The notes: a model not told the origin generated them from the sequence alone. A DNA stretch of 64,000 nucleotides from an uncultured Nitrososphaerota archaeon (GCA_963842885.1 CAWJIE010000002.1:160001-224000); one strand, 5' to 3'. Counted from the stretch's first letter, positions 20,054 through 29,770 are shown. Numbers and translations are program-made.

Positions 20054-21073
20054 GTGTATGCCCCGGGCAAGCCGGATTCGACCATCGTGAAGGCAGAGGG
20101 CCTTTCCAAGAGCTACGGGAAGTTCAAGGCGGTGGACAACATCAGCTTCGACATCAAGGAGGGAGAGATCTTCGGCTTCCTCGGCCCGAACGGTGCCGGG
20201 AAGACCACCACCATCAACATGCTCACGACCCTGATCAGGCCCACCTCGGGAGACGCCACCGTCTGCGGCTACGACATCAGGAAGGACGCAACTGAGGTGC
20301 GAAGGAACGTCGGGGTGGTGCCGCAGGAGTACACGGCCGACGAAGACATGACAGGCCTGAACAACATACTCCTCTGCGCGGACCTCTACGGGATGCCCAG
20401 GAGCGATTCCAGGGAGCACGCGGCCGAGCTCCTAGAGCTGGTGGAGCTGCAGGACGCAGCCCACAAGAAGGTGAGCACCTACTCGGGCGGGATGCGCAGG
20501 AGGCTGGAGCTCGCCTGCGGCCTCATAAACTACCCCAAGGCCCTCTTCCTCGACGAGCCCACCCTGGGCCTAGATGTTCAGACACGCGCTGCGGTCTGGA
20601 AGTACATCAAGACCCTGAAGGAGGAGTACCAGATGACCCTCTTCCTGACGACCCATTATCTGGAGGAGGCCGACCTTCTCTGCGACAGGATCGCCATAAT
20701 CGACCACGGCCACATCGTCAGGATTGGCACCCCCGGTGAACTGAAGGCGAGCGTCGGTGGAGACATAATCGTGGTCGGAGTCGATGAAGCCACGCCCGAC
20801 ATCTCATCCGACATCGCCAAGGTGGCCTCCGTCAAGGAAGTCAAGCGCAACGGGAACGATTACCGCATTAAGGCCGAGCTCGGCGAGCAAGCCTCGCCCC
20901 AGATAATGGACCTCGTGCGGTCGAAGGGGCTTCACGTAACGAAGATTTCGCTGACCAAGCCCACCCTGGACGAAGCATATCTGGAGTTCACCGGCCGAAG
21001 CCTCAGGGAAGAGGAAGGAAACAAGTGGGAGGCACGTTCCCAGCGGCGCACGGTGGGGAAGGCCAGGTCGTAG
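20054..21073 (+). CDS. ABC transporter ATP-binding protein (DrrA-like)
   Basis: GPNGAGKTT, YSGGMRRRLE, LFLDEPT, TTHYLEEA. Confidence 0.95.
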   Translation: MYAPGKPDSTIVKAEGLSKSYGKFKAVDNISFDIKEGEIFGFLGPNGAGKTTTINMLTTLIRPTSGDATVCGYDIRKDATEVRRNVGVVPQEYTADEDMTGLNNILLCADLYGMPRSDSREHAAELLELVELQDAAHKKVSTYSGGMRRRLELACGLINYPKALFLDEPTLGLDVQTRAAVWKYIKTLKEEYQMTLFLTTHYLEEADLLCDRIAIIDHGHIVRIGTPGELKASVGGDIIVVGVDEATPDISSDIAKVASVKEVKRNGNDYRIKAELGEQASPQIMDLVRSKGLHVTKISLTKPTLDEAYLEFTGRSLREEEGNKWEARSQRRTVGKARS

Positions 21074-21086
21074 GGGTAGGATCACA

Positions 21087-22028
21087 ATGGTTGAAACAGG
21101 AGACGGAAAGATCGCGGAGGCCTCGGGAAGCAACGCGCAGGTGGAGAGTCAGTCCAGCGCCGCTGCGGGCGTCAGAGAGAAGAGGTTCAGGGCGGCTCCG
21201 AAGCTGAGCAGGAGCCCCATCCACGGCCTCTGGTCGCTGACGAACAGAGACCTGAGGAAGTGGTACACGAACCCCGTGCAGCTCATCGCTTCGATGATCC
21301 AGCCTGTCATCTGGCTGGCCCTCTTCGGCAAGGCCCTCAACTTCGGGGCGTTCATAGCGGGCGCAGGCGGCTCTCAGGCCGAGCAGAACGCCGTCCTCAT
21401 GGGCTTCTTCGGCACCACCAGCTACTTCTCCTACCTGGCCTGCGGGATGCTGGCCTTCGTGATACTGTTCACGTCGGCTTTCAGCGGGCTCTCCGTCGTG
21501 TTCGACCGCAGGTTCGGCTTCCTGAATAAGGCGCTGAGCACGCCTGTGGCTCGAGGCTCCATCATCATGAGCAAGGTCCTCCAGAGCGTCGGAAGGTCAA
21601 TCGCCCAGGCTGCGATGGTCTTGATCATAGCGGTGGTCCTTGGCATGGACACTTCGCACTTCTCCATCCTCGGCATCATCGCCGCCTTCGTCATACTCTT
21701 CCTCATGTCCATGGGGCTCTCTTCTCTCTTCGTAATGTTCGCACTGAGGTCGGGCGACTGGCAGACGCAGATCGCCATAATCAACGTAATCAACCTCCCC
21801 CTCCTGTTCGCCAGCAACGCCCTGTTCCCGGCGAAGGAGATGCCCGCTTGGCTTCAGGGAGTGGTGAACATCAACCCCGTAAGCTACACCAACGACGCCG
21901 TCAGGTCCCTGCTGCTCGGATCGACGGCCCACTACGGGCTCGCCGTCGACTTCGTCTACCTCACCGGGTTCGCCGTCGTGCTCTGCGCCATCGGCGTGGT
22001 CCTGTCATGGAGGTTCCTGTCGAAATGA
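21087..22028 (+). CDS. ABC-2 type permease (DrrB-like)
   Basis: QPVIWL.LFG, DRRFGFL, MP.WLQ...INP.SY. Six TMs. Confidence 0.92.
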   Translation: MVETGDGKIAEASGSNAQVESQSSAAAGVREKRFRAAPKLSRSPIHGLWSLTNRDLRKWYTNPVQLIASMIQPVIWLALFGKALNFGAFIAGAGGSQAEQNAVLMGFFGTTSYFSYLACGMLAFVILFTSAFSGLSVVFDRRFGFLNKALSTPVARGSIIMSKVLQSVGRSIAQAAMVLIIAVVLGMDTSHFSILGIIAAFVILFLMSMGLSSLFVMFALRSGDWQTQIAIINVINLPLLFASNALFPAKEMPAWLQGVVNINPVSYTNDAVRSLLLGSTAHYGLAVDFVYLTGFAVVLCAIGVVLSWRFLSK

Positions 22029-22173
22029 CGTGGAAGGAGCCCTTGCCGACCGCATAACTTCGGTGGAATCCTCGTCTCCGCTCTTGTGCGCCCTGCGTGG
22101 CGAGCCCCTCTGACGTAGGCTTGACTCGCTTCGAAGCCCTTGCATAAACGCGTTTGAAATCTGCGACGCCGGT

Positions 22174-22938
22174 TCATTCCACATTGAAGCGCAAGAATAC
22201 AGTCTGTCCCCACACATCGGCAACAACCACAGTATAGGGGCCAGCAGGGAACTGATGAAAGGCGACCACTGAGGAGCCCCCCGTATACGCCGTATAGTAT
22301 CCAGCAGCCCCGTCCAGAGGGCCTCCCTCCGTATACTGCCCGTTTGTGCTGATGACTGACTTGAAGGGGCTCAAGGAGAAAATGATGTCTTCGATATTCG
22401 TCCAGTTGGTGCCTGCTAAATCTACGAACTCCTCCGCCGCCGTATGGCTGCCAGGGAGGAAGGTGATCCTGGTCAGTGTCAGGGGCGCAGCGCAGGGAAT
22501 CGGATAGGGCTCGGCCAGCTGTAGTGGAGGCCCGGCCGTCGAGATGTCGCCCGAAGTGTAGTTGCCCTGGAACACCGCGATGACGAGAATCGGCTGCCAA
22601 TTGCACACGTTCGTGCTGTACGGCCCCCACGCTGTGATGTTAGAATAGGTGGCGAAGTCAGGGTACAACGTGAGGTCTTCTTTGAGGGTGTTCACAAGCT
22701 CCGCCGTAACGCCTATCGCTTCGCCCTGCCGAATCCCGGTCGAGTTCAAGGTCACAGAAAGCTTCAGCCCCAAGGCCGACGTCAGGCTGGCGTTCTGAGG
22801 CGTTGAGTTGAGGCCGCCGGATGACGAATTGCGGCCGCTGGTGGATGGTGGGAAGAATACGAAGGCTAACCCGACGACGTCGAAGAGCATGAGGACCAGG
22901 GCCACTCCCACAAGCACCTTGCTCGCCCCTCTTCTCAT
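22174..22938 (-). CDS. Membrane-anchored secreted hypothetical protein
   Basis: N-terminal TM, beta-rich body with a Cys pair, C-terminal GPYTVVVADVWGQTVFLRFNV. Confidence 0.7.
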   Translation of the reverse strand: MRRGASKVLVGVALVLMLFDVVGLAFVFFPPSTSGRNSSSGGLNSTPQNASLTSALGLKLSVTLNSTGIRQGEAIGVTAELVNTLKEDLTLYPDFATYSNITAWGPYSTNVCNWQPILVIAVFQGNYTSGDISTAGPPLQLAEPYPIPCAAPLTLTRITFLPGSHTAAEEFVDLAGTNWTNIEDIIFSLSPFKSVISTNGQYTEGGPLDGAAGYYTAYTGGSSVVAFHQFPAGPYTVVVADVWGQTVFLRFNVE

Positions 22939-23003
22939 GCCAGCTCCATCGCTAGATTGTCTCCACAGCATCCATAAGCCTAGTCTTTAGAACGACCGCC
23001 GTC

Positions 23004-23819
23004 TTATTGGCTGCCCAAACCGCCACCGGTGAGGGATACCTGAGGCTCGACGGCCACGATCCTCTCCCTTAGCTTGGCTGAGACCTCAGGAAGAAGCTTC
23101 GCCGCGACGTCCCCCATCTTGAGCTGCTGCCACTCAGAGGGACGAATGACTTGGGAGAACCCCATCTTCTCGGCCAGCTCGTATGCCTCCTTGGCCTGGG
23201 CCTCCTCCCCGGAGAAGATGGAGTCCTGGAGGCGCGAAAGCAGGAAGACCGCCGCGTAGATTGCTTGGGCCTTGGAGGCGCCCAGCTCCTTCTCCTTGGC
23301 TTGCAGGGCGACCCCCAGCGCCGCCTTCCTCTCCTCGACGGGCTTGTAGATGCCCAACAGGATGGAGCCGACGACGTTCTCTTCCTTGGGTGGAGCCTGA
23401 GCCCAGAGACCTACGAACGCCTCTCTCGGGTTCTCGCGGACGGTCCTGAGTGCCTCAAACGCGGCGCCCCTGGCTGAGACGAACTCTCTCAAGAGGGGAA
23501 ACAGCTCGTCGCAGAGCTTGCCGTTGCGATCGGCCATCTCCAGGGCGGGCCTGCGGAGGATGGAGGCCAGCTCCAAGACGGTGGAGCCCCTTTCGGAATG
23601 GAGGGAAAAGTCGCCCACCCGCAGGTCCGTCTCCCCCAGCTCCACCACGGTCCTCTCGTCGTACGCGAAGGCCGTCAGCTGGAGGCGCTCCTTCTTGAAG
23701 AGCGAGTGTCTCTCGTAGGTCGCCACTACATTCCTTTTCTCTTCGTCGACTTCCACCGTCACAGAGGAGTACTCTTTTCCCTTGTAAGTGGCGAAGACGA
23801 ACTCCAGCGACCTGCTCAT
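23004..23819 (-). CDS. Hypothetical protein, N-terminal PH-like beta domain plus helical bundle (gene 5 of tubulin-like operon)
   Basis: 4-bp overlap with the upstream gene. About 85 aa of alternating beta strands ending in a helix. Confidence 0.75.
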   Translation of the reverse strand: MSRSLEFVFATYKGKEYSSVTVEVDEEKRNVVATYERHSLFKKERLQLTAFAYDERTVVELGETDLRVGDFSLHSERGSTVLELASILRRPALEMADRNGKLCDELFPLLREFVSARGAAFEALRTVRENPREAFVGLWAQAPPKEENVVGSILLGIYKPVEERKAALGVALQAKEKELGASKAQAIYAAVFLLSRLQDSIFSGEEAQAKEAYELAEKMGFSQVIRPSEWQQLKMGDVAAKLLPEVSAKLRERIVAVEPQVSLTGGGLGSQ

Positions 23820-24859
23820 CGTATCGCCTCCATGCTCAGGTCCTTAGCCTTCATGGCAACCTTACGGTAGCCCTCCTCAAGGTACTTGGGGAGGGGAAGG
23901 CCCTTCACGCCGTATAGCACGAGGAGGTCGTAGAAGCCGTACCTGCTCATGCCCTCCACCACCTTCGACTCCGAGCTGATCAGGTCCGGGAACCTCTTGC
24001 AGTATTCATCGAAGGCCTTGGCTATGTCGCCGGCAAGTTCCCTCCCTGCCAAGGCGAAGAGGTGGGCCATCACGACATCTTCGTTGGGGACGGCCGACGA
24101 CATCACCTCCTTTTGGACCGAGAATGCGTCGGGGACCCCCTTGTACACCTTCCCGGACGCCGCCAGGAGGGGCGAGAAGGCGTGGAAGGTCACGCCGAGG
24201 CGGACGTCCTTCTTAACGAAACCGGAGACCTCCTTCAGGTTGCCCAGGAAGTAGTTCATCACCCTCAGGAGGGCCGCGCTCCCCGTGAGCAGCCCTTCGT
24301 CCTCGGTGAAGCAGGCCAGGTCATCGATGAACTCCTGATTGACGAGGATGAGCGGCTCCTTCCTCCGGACGGCCGCCTGGAGAGAAACGAAGCTGGAGCT
24401 CTTCTCCATGGCCGTGGCTCCCCTCTCCGGCACCAGGGCCATGACGACGGAGTTGGAGTCAAGGATGGGGGACGAAAGGAGGGCTGGCGCCAAGGGATGG
24501 GCCGTGTCGACCACGACGAACCTGTACCTGCACCGGTCGTAGCCGACGAGCCTGAGCCAGAGCGTGATGTCCTTCGAGTAGGCCTTGTAGTATTCGAGCC
24601 ATGTTCCTCCCTCCAACTCCTTCAGTGAGAGGCCCGATGCCTTCCTCTCCTCCGTCGCCCCCAGGGAGACCTCACCCGCCCAGGCGCCGCCGACCTGGGG
24701 AGCAGGGAGGCCCAGAGACAGGACCTCCATCTCACCGAAGTTCGGCGTGACCTTAGGGAGGGTTATCGCGGGGAAGAGCTCCGAGTACAGGACGGGGGCC
24801 CCGCACTGGTCGCAGGTCACCAAGGGGCCCACTTCGTGGCCGTTGACGCACCTAGGCAT
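23816..24859 (-). CDS. Zn-ribbon plus degenerate tubulin/FtsZ-like fold protein (gene 4)
   Basis: CVNGH...CDQCG. Then VLSLG, VVVD, VMALVP, LILVNQ and a C-terminal LLVLYGV in tubulin-like order. No GGGTG motif. Confidence 0.6.
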   Translation of the reverse strand: MPRCVNGHEVGPLVTCDQCGAPVLYSELFPAITLPKVTPNFGEMEVLSLGLPAPQVGGAWAGEVSLGATEERKASGLSLKELEGGTWLEYYKAYSKDITLWLRLVGYDRCRYRFVVVDTAHPLAPALLSSPILDSNSVVMALVPERGATAMEKSSSFVSLQAAVRRKEPLILVNQEFIDDLACFTEDEGLLTGSAALLRVMNYFLGNLKEVSGFVKKDVRLGVTFHAFSPLLAASGKVYKGVPDAFSVQKEVMSSAVPNEDVVMAHLFALAGRELAGDIAKAFDEYCKRFPDLISSESKVVEGMSRYGFYDLLVLYGVKGLPLPKYLEEGYRKVAMKAKDLSMEAIR

Positions 24860-27113
24860 TCTTGACCACCATGGCCTCGTCGGAGGAGTCGAACGACACC
24901 TTCCTGTGAGTCAGCATATACAGCTTGATGTAGACTATGGAGGCCTCGCGCTGGAAGGGTAGCTCCGAGATGGGGACGTATTCCCGCTTGGCGACCGCCG
25001 CCTCGAGGACCTTCCTCGCTATGGGATACTGCGAGAGGAGTATGAGATTCTGCTCGTCCACCCTCCTCTTCTCCTGGAGGTTGGAGAGGACGGAGGTGGC
25101 CTCCTCCACGAAATTGGAGAGGGAGCCGAAGGTGGGCTTGCTCGCGGAGAGCTCTTGGGACAGCGTCTGGAGCCTCGTCGACTGATCTATGGACTCGAAG
25201 CGTATGACCTTGGTGGCCCCAGGCGTGAGGGACCTTATGAGACGCTCGAGCTGTTCCGACTCCTTCCGCCAGTTTTCGGTGGCCTCCTGAAGGAGGAGGG
25301 AGGTGGCTGCGAGGGCCACGGCGTAGTCGGGGGAGGAGGCCGGCTCGGCGGGGGTGAGCTTCTCCATCTCGGCTTCCAGCCTCCCCCTCCTTTGGCCGTC
25401 GAGGAGCGCGCCCAGCCCCCTGACCTTGGCCGTCAGCTCCTTCACCTTGTCCTCCAGCTCCTGCTTCGACGTGTTCCTGAAGTTCAACCAGTACTCCTCG
25501 GAGACGAGCCTCATCCCCGTGACGTACTCTCCCGAGTCGAAGAGGTAAGAGGCGTTCACCGGAGGGGTGAGGTCTTGGCGGTCAGTGATGAAGTTGTATG
25601 CGGTGCTGACGGCTGTGTACTGGGTGAATAGCTCGGATGCAGCATCCCGGACGCCCTTCGTGAGCTCCTTGTAGCTTTCTACGGCCGCCTCCAGCGACAG
25701 GAGGCCGTCGATGTTGTCCAGAGTGGGGAAGCGGCCCGCGGCCTTCGCCTCCTCCAGCATGTTGTTGTGGGTCGAAGCCAGGGCCGAGAGGGAGGTGAGC
25801 TCGTTGATGACCTTAATCCTGAGGTTCTCGGGCATCTTGTCGAGGCTGGGGAGGACCTTCCCCTGCAGCTCCGCCGTCCAGTTCACCACAGTCTCGTAGC
25901 TGGCGGTGCCGATCCCCCTATCGACGTCCTTCATCAGGGCGGAACACTCGTCGACGGCGAGCTTCTCGGGGCGGACGGATACGGTGGGCGCTTCGGAAGC
26001 TATCGTCTGGATGGCACGGGACGCCTCCTCCAGGAGCTCCTTGTTCTTGGTCAGCAGGGAGGCGAGGTCGTTCTTGGCGAACTCCAGGCGCTCCAGCCGC
26101 TGAATCGAGTACTCCCTCACGGTGAAGATGAGCCCCACGCCCAGAGCACATGAAAGGAGGAGGACGTCGTCTAGGGGGTCCGTAACGAGCGACGTCTGGT
26201 AGCCCCCCGCCGATGAGGGGGAGAGCGTTGTGATGAGCGCTACGAAGGTGACGGCCGTCACGAGCCCGGCCACCAGCGGAGAAAGGACCTTGACCAGCTG
26301 GCGAAACCTTTCGAATGCCCCCAGCCGGCTCAGCGACGTGACCACTATTCCGGCGACGGAGGCTGACGCGCTGAAGATGATGCCCAGCAGGATGACGGGG
26401 ATGACCAGGTAGGTCGAGTCGGCTGAGGAGATGTACGTGGTCACCTGGGTGGCATAAGGGGATTCGATGTTTAAGGGGAAGACGAGGGGGACGTTGAGCC
26501 CCGAAAGGGAGGGGGCCATGTAGTCGTGGAGATCCTTCAGGTAGGAGAAGATGACCGGTATATGTGTGGAGAGGACGCTGGCCTGGAAATAGATGCCGTT
26601 CTCAAGGAGGAGGAGGGGGATGAGGGTGCTGACAAAGGTGACGGAGACAGGACCGATGCTCTCCAGCCCCCCCACGGCCGCCGCCGCCACGATGAGGGCT
26701 ATTGAAAGGTAGTAGAAGGGGGTGAGCATGAGGGCGACGGCCATCACGGCAAGCGCCATCGACGACGGCTCAATCCTAGCGCTGACCAACTCGAAGACGA
26801 AGAGGAAGGCCATCAGGCCCAGGGTCAGGAGGCCGTTGGTGGTCTTGACGACGTGCAGGAGGCCGAAGCCCAGAAGCTGCCAGCCGATGGTCGCGAAGGC
26901 GAAGAGGGCCAGCATGACGGAGGCCCAGCGCGGCCTTCTGAGGGCGGCCAGGCCCAGCCCCAGGGCGACAAGGAGGGCCAGCACGGGGAAGCCTGAAGCA
27001 GTGGGGAGGAAGTTGACGACGGAGAGCCAGACGAAGGCGGAAAGGGCGATGAGCGGCGACGCGGTGTACTTGTTGATTGTGGCTCGCGCTTTGGAGGTGG
27101 TCCCTAAGGTCAC
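24852..27113 (-). CDS. Polytopic membrane protein with large helical cytoplasmic region and C-terminal winged-helix-like end (gene 3)
   Basis: About 9-10 TMs in the first 335 aa, then ~400 aa of amphipathic helices/coiled coil. Confidence 0.8.
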   Translation of the reverse strand: MTLGTTSKARATINKYTASPLIALSAFVWLSVVNFLPTASGFPVLALLVALGLGLAALRRPRWASVMLALFAFATIGWQLLGFGLLHVVKTTNGLLTLGLMAFLFVFELVSARIEPSSMALAVMAVALMLTPFYYLSIALIVAAAAVGGLESIGPVSVTFVSTLIPLLLLENGIYFQASVLSTHIPVIFSYLKDLHDYMAPSLSGLNVPLVFPLNIESPYATQVTTYISSADSTYLVIPVILLGIIFSASASVAGIVVTSLSRLGAFERFRQLVKVLSPLVAGLVTAVTFVALITTLSPSSAGGYQTSLVTDPLDDVLLLSCALGVGLIFTVREYSIQRLERLEFAKNDLASLLTKNKELLEEASRAIQTIASEAPTVSVRPEKLAVDECSALMKDVDRGIGTASYETVVNWTAELQGKVLPSLDKMPENLRIKVINELTSLSALASTHNNMLEEAKAAGRFPTLDNIDGLLSLEAAVESYKELTKGVRDAASELFTQYTAVSTAYNFITDRQDLTPPVNASYLFDSGEYVTGMRLVSEEYWLNFRNTSKQELEDKVKELTAKVRGLGALLDGQRRGRLEAEMEKLTPAEPASSPDYAVALAATSLLLQEATENWRKESEQLERLIRSLTPGATKVIRFESIDQSTRLQTLSQELSASKPTFGSLSNFVEEATSVLSNLQEKRRVDEQNLILLSQYPIARKVLEAAVAKREYVPISELPFQREASIVYIKLYMLTHRKVSFDSSDEAMVVKNA

Positions 27114-29770
27114 GCTGATCCACGCCCTTTCGCCCTAGGCGAAGGGCCGCTCAGCTTGGAGATCAGTTCAGCGAGGTCCGTGATGCCGTGCTCCAACAGG
27201 AAGGAGCGGAACATGACGCGCTCCACCTTGCGGACGCCGTCGGCGTCGTTCCTCATTCCCTGAAACTTCTCCAGCTGCTCGACTGTGGCCTTGGCGAAGA
27301 TTATCAGGAATGTGATGGTCCATGGGTCCACCTGCGGTATCTGGCGGATAGAGATGCTCTTGCTTGCCTCCACGCTGGAGAAGATGTTTAGGGTGCTCGA
27401 AAGGTTCACCTGGAGGTCCTGGTCCCAGAGCCCCTGGGGGATGCCCACAGTCGCCCATATCAGGTCGGAGCGGTAGCCGTCGTTTAGGCCGGCGTAGTTG
27501 GAGACGCTGAATATGCGCATGTAGCTCTTTACCACGTCCCTGAAGCGGTCCCTGTCGACTATCTCCCTGAGTATGCCCTCGCCCTTAAGCGAGGCCTCCT
27601 CCTCCGTGAGTATCTTCTTCAGTATCTTCTCCTGTTCGTCGTCGCTGAGCTCGACGACCCTTTCGAAGTAGCTCCCCGTGCCCGAGATGCTGCTGAGCAT
27701 GCTGTTGAGCTCGGCCGTCTTGCCGACGATAGAGTTAAGAGACTTCCTGTACGGTGAAGTGACTTCGAGGGACTTCTCCAAGGACGTCAGGATGTCCAGC
27801 TCGGAATGGAGCCTGTCCACCTCCGCCTTCCTCTCCTCGAGCGCGGTCTTCTGGGCGCCTATCTCACCCTTCACGGACTCAAGGTGGCGCCGGATGACCT
27901 TCCGTCTGCCGCTGATGTCCAGCCTTATCTTCTGGAGCTCCCCCTTGAGCCTCGTCTCCTCCGTCTCCTTCTGCGCCAAGAGGCGCATGAGGGACTCCAT
28001 CTCCTCCCCCGCCTCCTTGAACCTGGACTCCAGGTTCTTCCTTACCACCCTCACGCCGGGGATGTACTGGTCCGACATCTTGATCTCGGTCTCGGGCTTC
28101 GTCAGAATAGTCCCCGCCGTCTTGAACAGTGGGGTCACCTCCGTCTCGCCCACGGTGACGGCCCTCTTCCCCTCCGGGCTCTGGTCCTTGGCGAAGCGTA
28201 TCTTCAATTCGTCGGCGAGGGCCTTGGTCCTCAGGTACGTGCCGAAGACTTGAATGGCGCCGTTGACCAGGTTGACGAAGTTGATGTAGGAGCGTATCTG
28301 CCTGAGCTGGCTGGAAGTCACGAACTTGCTCGCCGTCAAGCTGCTTTCGACGTCGGCGAGGCTGGCGGCGAGCCCCTTGGTGAAGTCCTCGTAGGTCCTG
28401 CTTATCTCCGAGATGTCCTGGCTCCAGCGGCCTATCTGCTGCATCACGGAGTACTCCACCGTGTCCTCGGAGAAGGCCATGGCCTTCAGCGCCTTGGCCC
28501 ACTTGTCGTTGTAATATGCGGCGAAGTCCTCTATCCCCTTGACCTGCTTCTTGAACTCGAGATCATACTTGCCCGCCCTGTGTATGACGTCCTCCACTTC
28601 GGCGTCGAAGGACTCCGGCCTGTAGTTGTTGATGGAGATGAGGTGCCTCCTGAAAAGCTCCACCAGTTCGATATACCGCCTCTTCAGCACGTCGTCGATC
28701 TGAGAGAGGGACTCCCTCTTGAGGTTGACAAAGGAGCCCACCGACTCCAGGAGCTTCAGGTACTCGTGCAGGTACTTCAGGTAGTCCTCCAGGGGGTAGC
28801 GGATCTTGAGGTAGGCGATGTTGTGGACCCAGTTCTGGCCGAAGTCGTTGTTCGTCCCGACGCGGCTGAGGAGGTCGGCCAGGTCGAAGTTCATCATAAC
28901 ATGGACGATGTCGACGATGGCCCCGTCCAGCTCCTTTTTAGCGCTGAGAAGGGAGCTCTTGTTGTTGTAGACAGGGTCTAGAGGTAGGAAGAACATGGCG
29001 GTGAAGGGGTTCCTGTATGCCCCGCCATACGCCTTGATCACCCGTTCGTTGGCCTCCCTGTCGAAGAGGAGTTGCGCCTCCATCAGCGTAGCATAGGGGG
29101 CCGGTCCCCGGGCTAGGAGGTCGTCGGCCGAGCTAGGGAGTATGCCCAGCCCCACTATTGGGACGGCGGATCCCAGTTTCGCCCTCAGGTGGCGGGCGAA
29201 GTCGAAGATGAGACCGCTCCCCGTGCCTCCTCCCAGCCCGAAGACCAGGAGGACTATGGGCTGATACTTGGAGGTGAGGACCCTGTCCTTGTAGACGGAC
29301 ATCACGCTGTTCAGCTCGACGTAGTGGTAGTAGTTCAGGGCGTACACGGCCTTGCTGAGCGCCCTCTGCCTGCCGACCCCCCCGGCTAGGGGCGGGATGG
29401 ACATGGAGGACTGGATCCACGGCCTGTAATCATTGACGGTGACGCCATCCTTTTCGAGGTACTTGGAGTACTTCTCCATGAACTCGAACAGGGCGTCGGG
29501 GGTGTTGAACTTGATATTCAGGGGCTTGAGCCACAGGCGATCGACGCCGATTCCCTTCTCCTCAAGCTTCGCCATGGCCTCCTTGTAGGAGGCCTGGAGG
29601 GAGACCAGGTCCCCATCGGCCACGTCGAGGGCGAGGCAGGCGATGCGGAAGTCCTCGGTGGCGAGGAGGCGTGCCAAGCGCTCGCTCTCTATGAGAGTCT
29701 GGATGACGTTGGCGCCCGTGCCGCCGAGGCCTATGACGTGGATGGAGGCGAAGACGTTGGCCTTGCTCAT
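27110..29770 (-). CDS. Tubulin/FtsZ superfamily GTPase with ~400-aa coiled-coil insertion (886 aa; gene 2)
   Basis: T1 IGLGGTGANV, T3 GGVGR.R, signature FGLGGGTGSG, ILP, T7-like NFDLADL. Then coiled coil and a C-terminal alpha/beta domain. Confidence 0.92.
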   Translation of the reverse strand: MSKANVFASIHVIGLGGTGANVIQTLIESERLARLLATEDFRIACLALDVADGDLVSLQASYKEAMAKLEEKGIGVDRLWLKPLNIKFNTPDALFEFMEKYSKYLEKDGVTVNDYRPWIQSSMSIPPLAGGVGRQRALSKAVYALNYYHYVELNSVMSVYKDRVLTSKYQPIVLLVFGLGGGTGSGLIFDFARHLRAKLGSAVPIVGLGILPSSADDLLARGPAPYATLMEAQLLFDREANERVIKAYGGAYRNPFTAMFFLPLDPVYNNKSSLLSAKKELDGAIVDIVHVMMNFDLADLLSRVGTNNDFGQNWVHNIAYLKIRYPLEDYLKYLHEYLKLLESVGSFVNLKRESLSQIDDVLKRRYIELVELFRRHLISINNYRPESFDAEVEDVIHRAGKYDLEFKKQVKGIEDFAAYYNDKWAKALKAMAFSEDTVEYSVMQQIGRWSQDISEISRTYEDFTKGLAASLADVESSLTASKFVTSSQLRQIRSYINFVNLVNGAIQVFGTYLRTKALADELKIRFAKDQSPEGKRAVTVGETEVTPLFKTAGTILTKPETEIKMSDQYIPGVRVVRKNLESRFKEAGEEMESLMRLLAQKETEETRLKGELQKIRLDISGRRKVIRRHLESVKGEIGAQKTALEERKAEVDRLHSELDILTSLEKSLEVTSPYRKSLNSIVGKTAELNSMLSSISGTGSYFERVVELSDDEQEKILKKILTEEEASLKGEGILREIVDRDRFRDVVKSYMRIFSVSNYAGLNDGYRSDLIWATVGIPQGLWDQDLQVNLSSTLNIFSSVEASKSISIRQIPQVDPWTITFLIIFAKATVEQLEKFQGMRNDADGVRKVERVMFRSFLLEHGITDLAELISKLSGPSPRAKGRGSA

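Noticed and set aside
22174-22971. Secreted protein as a sixth member of the tubulin operon
   Set aside because: Not overlapped with the preceding gene, has a TTAT-containing gap that could be its own promoter, and has different composition. Membership is unsupported without synteny data.
27678-28981. Long antisense ORFs (e.g. 27806..28981, 33892..35067, 38113..39048, 43862..44974)
   Set aside because: Shadow frames expected opposite high-GC3 genes. They have no motifs of their own.
27110-29770. Calling the GTPase ftsZ, cetZ or a eukaryote-like tubulin, or calling it SMC
   Set aside because: It is twice the normal length with a coiled-coil insert, has no division-cluster neighbours and lacks Walker A/B motifs. 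No gene symbol can be justified.
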